Part shown: piece by piece, positions 11,423-22,900 of the stretch
Position numbering within the stretch: the first letter of the stretch is position 1
Layout: every line of letters starts with the position of its first letter
Origin: Malacoraja senta
Lineage: Eukaryota
NCBI GenBank assembly: GCA_038087875.1
Contig: CM075999.1
Coordinates: 4,652,001 to 4,694,329, forward strand
Reading direction: 5' to 3'
Length of the DNA: 42,329 bases
The notes under the pieces: generated by a model
The model's input: the letters and a program-made list of their open reading frames with translations, nothing else
What the model was told of the DNA's origin: nothing
Databases searched by the model: none
Position numbers and translations under genes: made by a program

Positions 11423-12009
11423 TGAAGTGTTGCCTTTGATATAGCTGGCATGTTGCTGTGCCAGTTTGATTATGAAAGTATTCTTCCCTGTAGGATTCAT
11501 TACTGCAGACATTTGAATTTCACTGTACCTTAATTGGTACCTGTGACGATAAACTGACATTGAAACATTGGGCCGAGAGTTATTTTTCCAGGCCCTGTCC
11601 ATCCAGTGTTTGATATTTTGAGGTGAATGTAGAATCTTCTCGCCTGCTGCTGTTTCTCCCTCTAGTTATTCTACTTGGTTCAGGTTGATGTGCCAAGGTC
11701 TTTGGAGATCTTCTAATGTCCCCAGTTTTCTATGGTTTGTGATGGAGTGGCTTTGTCAACTTGCTGTTCCAAGTACTGCTTGTGATAGAGGGTGTGATCA
11801 AGGATGTCAGGATATTTCAATCATTAAAATTATCTGTTTTTTTGTTATAACCAAGTCTATCTAATCTAGTCTTTGTGGAGATGGTATGAAGATAAGGCCC
11901 TTGTTTAGAGCCTCTTGTGGTTTCAATGGGGATAAATCTTTGAGAAAGATTAACAATGTATTTTCCTAATTGCTTTGTGGTCATGTTCCTTGTATTTCAG
12001 GGTTAGAAA

Positions 12010-12815
12010 CCTACAGACTGGAGTAGGGGAAGAAGATGGAAAGTGTGGGTGGGACAAAGCCTGGCATGTGGGGGGTGGGTGATTGGCATATGGATGGAAT
12101 AAGTGACAAAGACCAGAGGTGAAAGTGATAAAAACATGTTGGCTAAGAAGGGTAGAGGTGTGGAAGATGAAGCCAGGGAGGTTTATGGGTGAATGGGACA
12201 TGGGAGGGGATAAAAGGAAAATGCGGCCTGGAGGTGGGGAATCAGCATACTGGTGATGGGAACCCCCTCTTTCCCTGCATCCCCCACCCTGGTGATGGGA
12301 ACCCCCTCTTTCCCTGCATCCCCCACCCTGGTGATGGGAACCCCCTCTTTCCCTGCACCCACCATCTTGGTGATGGGAACCCCCTCTTTCCCTGCATCCC
12401 CCACCATGATAATGGGAACCCCTCTTTCCCTGCATCCCCCCATCTGGTTGTGAACACTTCCCTCAACACCTTGGTCACTCTGCTCCTTCCCTCTGTATGC
12501 TCGCCTCCCAAACCAGTCTCATATTTTACTCTATCCCCTTCCACCCTTATCCCTCCCTCCAGCTTCATCTTTCACTCTTCTCATCTGTTGCACCTTTTGT
12601 CTCCTTGTCTCCCCTAGCCAATGTCACAACCCACCACCCTCTCCCCTGTATTCACTAATCGCATAACAGTCTTTGTCCTGCTCCCACCTCTTTCCCACTT
12701 TCTCAGCCTGACTCCATCAGCCTGAAAAGATCCCAACAGGAAACGACAGCATCTGTCCATTCCCTTTGTGGTTGGGTAGATGGTGCCTGATCTGGCAAGT
12801 ACCTCCAGCACTTGT
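12010..12815. repeat. Fold-back cassette A (inverted Penelope-derived arms)
   Basis: Purine-rich left arm and pyrimidine-rich right arm. aagatgaagc 12164-12173 pairs with gcttcatctt 12562-12571; agcatac 12244-12250 pairs with gtatgct 12495-12501. Confidence 0.8.
12251..12441 (+). repeat. 39-bp minisatellite, ~5 copies, in the loop of cassette A
   Basis: (TGGTGATGGGAACCCCCTCTTTCCCTGCATCCCCCACCC)n; 13-aa periodicity in the overlapping ORFs. Confidence 0.95.
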
Positions 12816-13659
12816 TTTGGACCAGGTTACATTCCCTGGTTGAAGTAATCCTAGTTGGCTGCTGTTGCAGGGAAAGTAGCTTAATGTTCATGATGACACT
12901 TGAAGTCTCATTACAAATTATCAATCCTGCCATTCACCCTACTGTAGTTTTGGAATTGGTCTAAATCTACATTTGGTCTGAGTGTGTTTGTTGCCAGAAT
13001 CCATTTCCTCTCCGCTCTGCTCTTTTGTGAAGGTGACCAATTAATGTTAGTTCCACTTTCTCTACCCTACTCTATCAGTCTGAAGAAGGATCCCAACGTG
13101 AAACCTCTGTCCATTCCATTTGCAGGCAGGCAGATGGTGCCTGACCCACTGAGTAGCTCCAGCACTTTGTTTTACACCAGGTTACATCCCCTGGTTAAAG
13201 TAATCCTAGTTGCCTCCTGTTGCAGGGAAAGTAGTTTAATGTTCATGACACTTTTAAAAAAAAACTCATTACAATTAAGTAATCTTGCCCCTTCCATTCT
13301 TCTTCTCCTCTTTGCTCCTTTCTAAAGTGGTGACCAATTAGTGTTAGTTTCCACCCAGGATCTCCAAAGACTGGGTCCTCTGATGCTGGAAGAGTCTGCC
13401 AGGGTTAGTCTGTCTTCCCCATTCTGCCATATGTTGCATAAACTGGGCCAAACTTCACTACTGTTCCTTTACTTGTACGTCTCATTTAATTCAAAGTATT
13501 TCTTTGTCAGTTAAAGTAGTATCTGGTTTGTCATGGTGTGTTTCTCCAGTATTTGAACTGCCTGTATGCTCCTTTCTGGTTTGTGCACAGGGTTTCAATG
13601 TCCATGGTAAAGGGTACAGTATCAGTGGCAGTGTCGGGGAGAACACTTCATGTGACATG

Positions 13660-15041
13660 GTAAGTTTCACATTTAGAGACACAGCACGGAAACAGGCCCT
13701 TTGACCCACTGAGTCCGCACTGACCAGCGATCCCTGCACATTAACACTATCCTACACACATTAGGTACCATGTCAGTTAACCTACAAACCCGCACATCTT
13801 TGGATAGTGGGAGGAAAGTGAATATCTCTGAGAAAGCCCACTTGGTCACTGGGAGAATGTGGAAACTCTGTATAGAACATGTGTCTCTGGCACAGTAACC
13901 ATATAACCATATAACCATAACAGCACGGAAACAGGCCATCTCGGCCCTTCAAGTCCGTGCCGAACATTTTTTTATTTTTTATTTTATTTTTTAAAATATA
14001 TATTTTTTTAAATTAAAAATAAAATACTTCCCCCTAGTCCCATCTACCTGCACTCAGACCATAACCCTCCATTCCTTTCCCGCCCATATACCCATCCAAT
14101 CTATTTTTAAAGGATAACATCGAACCTGCCTCCACCACTTCCACTGGAAGCTCATTCCACACAGCTACCACTCTCTGAGTAAAGAAGTTCCCCCTAAACT
14201 TCTGTCCCTTAATTCTCAAGTCATGTCCCCTTGTTTGAATCTTCCCTACTCTCAATGGGAAAAGCTTATCCACGTCCACTCTGTCTAACCCGCTCATAAT
14301 TTTAAAGACCTCTATCAAGTCCCCTTTTAACCTTCTGCGCTCCAAAGAATAAAGACCTAACTTGTTCAACCTTTCTCTGTAACTTAGTTGCTGAAACCCA
14401 GGCAACATTCTAGTAAATCTCCTCTGTACTCTCTCTATTTTGTTGACATCCTTCCTATAATTAGGCGACCAAAATTGTACTCCATACTCCAGAATTGGCC
14501 TCACCAATGCCTTGTACAATTTTAACATTACATCCCAACTTCTATATTCAATGCTCTGATTTATAAAGGCCAGCACACCAAAAGCTTTCTTTACCACCCT
14601 ATCTACATGAGATTCCACCTTCAGGGAACTATGCACAGTTATTCCTAGATCCCTCTGTTCAACTGCATTCCTCAATTCGCTACCATTTACCGTGTACGTC
14701 CTATTTTGATTTGTCCTGCCGAGATGTAGCATCTCACATTTGTCAGCATTAAACTCCATCTGCCATCTTTCAGCCCACTCTTCCAAATGGCCTAAATCTC
14801 TCTGTAGACTTTGAAAATCTACTTCATTATCCACAACACCACCTATCTTAGTATCATCTGCATACTTACTAATCCAATTTTCCACACCTTCATCCAGATC
14901 ATTGATGTACATGACAAACAACAGTGGACCCAACACAGACCCCTGAGGCACCCCACTAGTCACAGGCCTCCAACCTGACAAACAGCCATCCACCATTACT
15001 CCACAGGCAACAACTCTACCGCTGTGCCACTGTGCTGCCCT
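13660..15041 (-). mobile_element. HE1-like SINE split by a CR1 insertion (13660-13897 and 15001-15041)
   Basis: The SINE body stops at ...tctctggcacagt and its head resumes after the LINE (aactctaccgctgtgccactgtgctgccc). Confidence 0.8.
13898..15000 (-). mobile_element. Young 5'-truncated CR1 LINE with uninterrupted 320-aa RT C-terminal frame (14034-14996)
   Basis: GVPQGSVLGP, YADD and FNADKC motifs; (GGTTATAT)n tail; extra AT-rich tract at 13966-14025. Confidence 0.95.
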
Positions 15042-15944
15042 TCAACAAAGCTGACATGTTGCTGTGCCAGTGAATTACAGTAGTCAATGTATTCTACTAC
15101 CCTGTAGGGTTCACTGCAATCCTTTCAATGGCTGATCCTGTTTCTCATGACATGTAATGTCAATTGGAATCTCTTCCTATCTAGGTGTCTAGTATGAAGG
15201 AGGATGTCAGCAGACTTCAAATCACTAATGTGACATTGGGTTGTTTTGTATATAACTTGGTCTATCTGAATATGGTTATGGAGTTGGTACAAAGGTAAGG
15301 CCTCTGGAACCTTCTCTTGGGCTTTGGTGTGGTGAATGTTTGGGAAAAAGTAACAATTAATGTTAGTTCCACTTTCTCTACCCTACTCTATCAGTCTGAA
15401 GAAGGATCCCAGCTTTCTCACAGCTTGGGCCCACTTTAGTTTAAAGATTACATTTCTCTTCCCCCTCATTAGGGTTTATTCACTAAATTTGTGGTCTGGG
15501 CCTACTTGAAGGAGTTTAACAAGGACCACTGGTATGTACTTGTGTCTCTATTTAGTAGTAAGTTTCTGCCTGCACCTGGGGCTGTTTATCAGGGTGGGGA
15601 CAGTGGGGGAGATATATGGGGGGTGAGATATTGGTTCCACATGCCAATGTGGTGGTTCCCCTCTGCCAGCATGATACCAGTGATCACCTTCTCCTGTCAG
15701 CACTTGACTGGATGGCGCTGCCTTCTGTCTCTGGACTTTCCGTGGTGTGTACTTGTGCTTGAGGAAACGGTGACCTGAAGACTCGTCCAATCTGAGGTCT
15801 TGGCTGGGGAATGGCCACGTTGGTTTGGCCCATGAGATCATTATCCTTGTCCAAATCCACATAGAAACATTCATTAGGCTCCCCACTTCTTCATTGTCTT
15901 GGCCTTCATCCTAACAGGGATTTATTCTGTGCTTTAACCATGCC

Positions 15945-16685
15945 ATGGAACAAATAAACAGTGCTGGCAGAACTTGGTGGGTCAGGCAGCATCTGTGGAG
16001 GAAATGGACAGATGACTTAGCTTGGAAGCCTTCAGACTGGAGTAGTGGGAGAAGGTTGGTGAAGGGAAATGCGGCAAAGCTTTGCAAGTGATGGGTGGAT
16101 ACAGGTGAAGGGATGATGAGCAGATGGTGGAGAAAAGGACAAAGGCTAGAGGTGAAAAGGTGACTAAACATTCCAAAGGTGTGAAATGTAAAGTTGGAGC
16201 GAGGAATGCTTGTGTAATGGGACGGGTCTGCGGGTGTAATGGGACAAAAGGGAATGTGATTTGGAGATGGGGATGAGCGTACTGATGAAGGGACACCCCC
16301 TCATTCCCTACACTCCCCACCCTGGTGTGCACCTCACTCAACACTCCGGCACCTTACTCCTTTCCCCTCTAATGTACGCTCATCCTTGTCCCACATTCCC
16401 CTCTTTCCCAGATCCCTCCCTCTGGCTTTTCATGTCTCACCTCTTCTCCTTGTCTGACATTTGTCGTCTCTTCACCTCTAGCCTTTGTCACTACTCCCCT
16501 ATTTGCTAATCAGCCCCCAACTGTATCCAGCATTGCTCACCAGGCTTTGTCCTGCTCCCATCTCTTTCCAGCTTTCTCCCAACTCCATCAGTCTGAAGAA
16601 AGATCCTGATCTGAAACATCTGTCCATTCCTTTGCAGTCGGGCAGATGGTGCCTGACCGACTGAGTACCTCCAGCACTGTTTCTG
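15945..16685. repeat. Fold-back cassette B (no VNTR in loop)
   Basis: ggatgagcgtac 16271-16282 pairs with gtacgctcatcc 16374-16385; gacaaaggctagaggtgaa pairs with ttcacctctagcctttgtc; outer acagtgctgg pairs with ccagcactgt. Confidence 0.85.
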
Positions 16686-17534
16686 ACCTATTTATTCCTT
16701 GGTTAAAGTTATCTGAGGGAAAGTCAGTTTAATAGTCATGGCTCTTGAGCCTTATTGCAATTTACTAATCCTGCCCCTTCCATTCACTCAACTATAGTTC
16801 TTTAGAGTCGCACTATATATTTGGTTTGGCGAGTGTCTGCGTTGCTGCAATCTGTGTGCTTTCTGCTATCATCTTCTGAATAATTTGTTTGTTTCCACCC
16901 AGGATCTCCAAGGACTGGACCTGTGCTGCTGGAAGTGTCTGCTGGGGTTAGACTGTCTCTTCCCGTTCTGCCAAATGTTGGTGTAAGATGGAATAAACTT
17001 CTCCCCATTGCTGTTCTCCTGATACACGTCTCATTTAATGTTTTTGTCGATTAAAGTAGTCTGGTCTGTTGCTGTTGGGTTTCCTCTGATATTGTGAACT
17101 GCGGCATGCCCCGCAACTTTCCTGCAACTTTATCCAGTCTATCTGGATTTGATCTTAATGGAGATGGTGTGAAGGTAAGGTCCCTATTTCAACCCCTCTT
17201 GGTTTCAGTGGGATAACTTTTTGAAAGATTAACAATGGGGTTTCCCATTTATTTTTGGTCAAGGGTTTTATAATTCATGATGTTGGATCTTTAGCAATAA
17301 AAGCAGAGCTGGAGGAACTCGATGGGTCGGGCAGCATCTGTAAGCTGACTTGGAGATTTGTAGGCTAATTGGTTTTAGTAAACTGTCCCTAGTGTGTAGG
17401 ATAGTGCTGGTGTACGGGGTGATCGCTGGATTGTGTTGACTTGGTGGGCCAGATGGCCTGTTTCCACATTATCTCGAATTATTTTTTTATTCATGGTCCT
17501 TTCAATTCGGGGCGCTGGAATCTTGAGCATAAAC

Positions 17535-18990
17535 AACAGTGCTGGAGGAACATGGTGGGTCAGGCAGCATCTGATGATATGGACAGATGACTAATCAGGG
17601 TGGGAGCCTTCAGACTGAAATACGGGAGAAAGCAGGAAATTAGGTGGGGGTGGGGCACTGCCTGACAGGTGATGGGTGGATACAGGTGAGTGGGTGGTGG
17701 GCAGATGGGTGGAGTAAGTGCTGAAGGTGAAAGTGATAAAACGTGTTGGAGAAGGACAAGAACTGTGAAATGTAAAGCCAGAGGGAGGTGAGGTGGGAAG
17801 GTAAATGGGAAATCTGGGACAAGGAAATGGGAGATGAGTGTACTTCCCTTCACCCCCAAACACCCTGGTGTGCTAATTAACTAATCAACTGACTAACTAA
17901 TCAACTGACTAACTAATCAACTGACTAACTAATCAACTGACTAACTAATCAACTGACTAACTAATCAACTGACTAACTAATCAACTGACTAACTAATCAA
18001 CTGACTAACTAATCAACTGACTAACTAATCAACTGACTAACTAATCAACTGACTAACTAATCAACTGACTAACTAATCAACTGACTAACTAATCAACTGA
18101 CTAACTAATCAACTGACTAACTAATCAACTGACTAACTAATCAACTGACTAACTAATCAACTGACTAACTAATCAACTGACTAACTAATCAACTGACTAA
18201 CTAATCAACTGACTAACTAATCAACTGACTAACTAATCAACTGACTAACTAATCAACTGACTAACTAATCAACTGACTAACTAATCAACTGACTAACTAA
18301 TCAACTGACTAACTAATCAACTGACTAACTAATCAACTGACTAACTAATCAACTGACTAACTAATCAACTGACTAACTAATCAACTGACTAACTAATCAA
18401 CTGACTAACTAATCAACTGACTAACTAATCAACTGACTAACTAATCAACTGACTAACTAATCAACTGACTAACTAATCAACTGACTAACTAATCAACTGA
18501 CTAACTAATCAACTGACTAACTAATCAACTGACTAACTAATCAACTGACTAACTAATCAACTGACTAACTAATCAACTGACTAACTAATCAACTGACTAA
18601 CTAATCAACTGACTAATGAACTCACTAGCTAACTAACCCACTAACACTGGTCCTCTCCCTTCCACTGTACACTCATCTCTCAAACAGTAGTCCCATATTC
18701 CCTCTCTCCCTTCCACCCATATCTCTCCTAGTTTCATATTTCCGTTCTCTCCTTATTTGGCATTTGTCCCTTTCACTTTGAGCCTTTGTCATTCACTCCA
18801 TCCATATGCTAATCACGCCTCACATGTACCACCTATTTACTTGCTGGCTTTGTCCTGCATGCCTCTGCCTCTTTTCACTCTCTTTCATCAGTCTGAGGAA
18901 GGTTGCTGACCTGGGGTGTCATCTGTCCATTCGTCTTGCAGTCAGGCAGATTGTGCCTGAACTGCTGAATGCCTCCAGCACATTGTCTTT
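17535..18990. repeat. Fold-back cassette C (diverged 'unit 0' of the macrosatellite)
   Basis: Same arms as the macrosatellite units; gagatgagtgtac and gtacactcatctc flank the VNTR. Confidence 0.85.
17877..18616 (+). repeat. 16-bp minisatellite (CTAATCAACTGACTAA)n, ~46 perfect copies
   Basis: Direct reading of the 16-bp period. Confidence 0.98.
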
Positions 18991-19191
18991 GGACAGAGCC
19001 ATGTTCCCTGGTTAAAGTAATTGTAGTTGGCTCCTGTTACAGGGAAAGTAGAGTTTAATATTTGTGGTGTATTAATTTGACTGTTTTTTACATCTTTGTC
19101 GGCTCTCGGGATCTGGTCTTTCTGGAGAATACTTTAAGGTAAGGCCCCTGTTTCAAAACCTCTCTTGGGTTTCAGTGTTTGGGGAAAGATT

Positions 19192-19785
19192 GGGCAGCAC
19201 AGTGGTAGAGTTGCTGCCTCACAGCGCCAGAGACCTGGCTTCAATCCTGACAACGTTTTGTTTGTATGTTCACCCTGGGACCATGTGGGTTTTCTCCAGG
19301 TGTTCTGGCTTCCAACACCAAAGACATTCAGGTTTGTAGGTTAATTGGTTTTAGTATGTCCCTAGTGTGTAGGATGGTGCTAGCGTACGGGGTGATTGCT
19401 GGATTGTGCTGACTGAGTGGACCGATGGGCCTGTTTCCACACTTTAGTTGGTCTTAATGTATTCATTTTCAAACACTGTGAAGAAGGGTTCTGTTCTGAA
19501 ACATCACCTCTCCATGTTCTGCAGAGATGCTGCCTGACCCACTGATTACTGCATTGCACTGCATACTGCACAGCGAGGAATTTCTTTAGTCAGAGGGCGG
19601 TGAATCTGTGGAATTCATTGCTACAGAGGGCTGTGGAGGCTGTTGATGGATATTTTTAAGGTGGAGATTCTTGATTAGCTAGGGCGTTGAACGTTACGGG
19701 GTCTGAATGATGGTCAAAACCCAAAAGTCACCTGTACCTTCTCACCAGAGATGCTGCCTGACCCGCTGAGTTACTCCAGGTCGTT
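19192..19785 (+). mobile_element. HE1-like SINE (19192-19442) followed by pLTR and CR1 fragments
   Basis: gggcagcacagtggtagagttgctgcctcacagcgccagagacc head; CR1 piece ttctttagtcagagggcggtgaatctgtggaattc; pLTR pieces gatgctgcctgaccc. Confidence 0.8.
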
Positions 19786-19949
19786 GGCTCACCATACATT
19801 TGGGTGCATCTACATTGTTACAATCCATTTCTTCAGTACTCTGGGTTCTACTCTCGTACTTGTCGCTTCTTGGCTCTGCACTTGGTCTTTCCACCCTGGC
19901 TCGGCAATTTTTGACTGAAGCTCTGGGGGTTTGGGTTTTTCCTGGTATT

Positions 19950-22900
19950 TTTAACCATTGAATATTTGTTTACATATAACGTTTCAATGTCCACATGAAG
20001 AGTATGACATTAGGCAAGGTTGGGAGAACACGTGAAATTTAATGTGTGTTTGATGGGGTAACTGGGGTGTTGCTGTGCTTGTAAATTGCAAGTCAGTGCT
20101 GGAGCAACTCGATGGGTCCAGCAACATCGCTGGAGAATATGGATTGGTAATACTGGCTTGGGACTCTTCAGACCCTTAAGAATTTTAGTCTAAATGTATT
20201 GGACTACCTTAATATTGGTCCAACCTATAGGAGTCCTGACTGCAGAGCCATAATGGTCCATGTTGGAGATACATCTCAAGGCATTGTCCAAGTGTTTTTA
20301 CCTTGAGGACTAGAATCTTCTCACCCAGGACTGTCCGACCCACTGAGTTACTCCCGCACTTTGTCTAATTGTAGAGAAGGACGTTGGAACATTTCAAACA
20401 TTAAAATGTTATGTTAATTTGATTTTTCAGCATCAAGTCTTTCTGGATTTGGTCTTCATGGATGTCATAGGAATATAAGGTACATATTTCTAACCCTCTT
20501 CAGTTTAATGGGATAAATGTGTTAAATTATTGATGGCTTTTCAAAATTTGTTTCTTCAACATTGAGGAGCTCGCAGTCTCTGGCAGAGGCCGATGGCGGG
20601 AAGCTCCAAAGAATGCAAAAGGTTCGACTAGACCTCGAGTGAGATGGGATTCAACCCCCCGATGCAGGACCCCCGACACGGACGGCCCGACCGCCGGCTA
20701 CAGGAGTCAACGGGTGGCTCGAGGACCCAGACCACGGGAGGCCAAAAAGGGAAGAGTTTGAACTTTGTGTTCTGTTGCTTTTTATTGGTATGAGTATATG
20801 GTAAATGAAATTCCTCGTGTTGCAAACACGAGCCACCCCATGCTTGAATCGTGATTAAATACACAGTGCTGGAGGAACTTGGTGGGTTTGACAACCTCTG
20901 AAGAAATGGACAGATGACTGATCGGGTTGGGAGCTCTCAGTCTGAAATACGGGGGAGAGCTGGAAATGAGGTTGGGGTTGGGCACTGCCAGACAAGTGAT
21001 GGATGGATTACAGGTGAGTGGGTGATGGGCAAATGGATGGAGTAAGTGCCAAAGGCTGAAGGTGAAAGTGATAAGGACAAGAACTGGGAAATGTAAAACC
21101 AGTGTGAGGTGGGGGTGGAAGGTAAAAGGGAAATCTGGGACCAGGAAATGGGAGATGAGTGTACTTCCCTTCACCCCCCAAACACCCTGGTGCACTAATC
21201 GACTGACTAACTAATCGACTGACTAATTAACTCGCTAACTAACCAACTAACACTAGTCCTTTCCCTTCCACTGTACACTCATCTCTCAAACAGTAGTCCC
21301 ATATTCCCTCTTTCCCTTCCACCCATACCTCTCCTAGTTTCATATTTCAGATCTCTCCTTATTTGGCATTTTGTCCCTTTCACCTTGAGCCTTTGGCACT
21401 CATTCCATCCATATGCTAATCACGCCTCGCATGTCCCATCTATTTCCTTGCTGGCTTTGTCCTGCATGCCTCTGCATCTTTTCACTCTCTTTCATCAGTC
21501 TGAGGAAGGTTGCTGACCTGAGGTGTCATCTGTCCATTCCACTTGTAGTCAGGCAGATTGTGCCTGAACTGCTGAATGTCTCCAGCACTTTGTCTTTGGA
21601 CAGAGCCATGTTCCCTGGTTAAAGTAATTGTAGTTGGCTCCTGTTACAGGGAAAGTAGAGTTTAATATTTTTGACAAACTCTGGGGGGGGGGGGGGGTTG
21701 GGTTTACCAGGTATTTTTTAACCACCTGGACGCCACTGAATGTTTGTTTATATCTAACGTTTAAATGTCCACGTGAAGAGTAAGGCATCGGGCAACAAGG
21801 TTGGGAGAACACTTGTGAAATATAATGGGTATTTCATGTAACTGGGGTGTTGCTGTGCTTATAAATTGTGTCAGTGCTGGAGCAACTCGATGGGTGCAGC
21901 AACATCGCTGGAGAACATGGATTGGTAATTCTGGGTTGGGATTCTTCAGACCTTAATCTCTAGGTAGTCTAAATATATTCGACTACATTAATATTGGTCC
22001 AACCTATAGGAATCCTGACTGCAGAGACAATGGTCCTGGTCGGAGATACATCTCCAGGCATTGTCCACATGTCTAAGTGTTTTTAGCTTGAGTAGAATCT
22101 TCTCACCCAGGACTGTCCGACCCACTGAGTTACTCCCGCAATTTGTCTAATTGTAGAGAAGGACGTTGGAACATTTCAAACATTAAAATGTTATGTTAAT
22201 TTGATTTTTCAGCATCAAGTCTTTCTGGATTTGGTCTTCATGGATGTCATAGGAAGATAAGGTACATATTTCTAACCCTCTACAGTTTAATGGGATAAAA
22301 GTGTTAAATTATTGATGGCTTTTCAAAATTTGTTTCTTCAACATTGAGGAGCTCGCAGTCTCTGGCAGAGGCCGATGGTGGGAAGCTCCAAAGAATGCAA
22401 AAGGTTCGACTAGACCTCGAGTGAGATGGGATTTAACCCCCCGATGCAGGACCCCCGACACGGACGGCCCGACCGCCAGCTACAGGAGTCAACGGGAGGC
22501 CAAAAAGGGAAGAGTTTGAACTTTGTGTTCTGTTGCTTTTTATTGGTATGAGTATATGGTAAATGAAATTCCTCGTGTTGCAAACACGAGCCACCCCATG
22601 CTTGAATCGTGATTAAATACACAGTGCTGGAGGTACTTGGTGGGTTTGACAACCTCTGAAGAAATGGACAGATGACTGATCGGGTTGGGAGCTCTCAGTC
22701 TGAAATACGGGGGGAGAGCTGGAAATGAGGTTGGGGTTGGGCACTGCCAGACAAGTGATGGATGGATTACAGGTGAGTGGGTGATGGGCAAATGGATGGA
22801 GTAAGTGCCAAAGGCTGAAGGTGAAAGTGATAAAACATGTTGCATAAGGACAAGAACTGTGAAATGTAAAACCAGTGTGAGGTGGGGGTGGAAGGTAAAA

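Noticed and set aside
12888..12985. Box C/D snoRNA (ATGATGA...CTGA)
   Set aside because: No terminal stem, and paralogous modules at ~13245 and ~16735 lack the C box.
19003..19046. TTCCCTG...CAGGGAA repeated hairpin as a miRNA
   Set aside because: Only a 7-bp stem; the interior does not pair.
22800..22812. TAAGTGC (miR-430/302-like seed) in the paired arm
   Set aside because: No local ~60-70 nt pre-miRNA hairpin, and the downstream sequence does not match the family. Treated as coincidence unless small-RNA reads start here.
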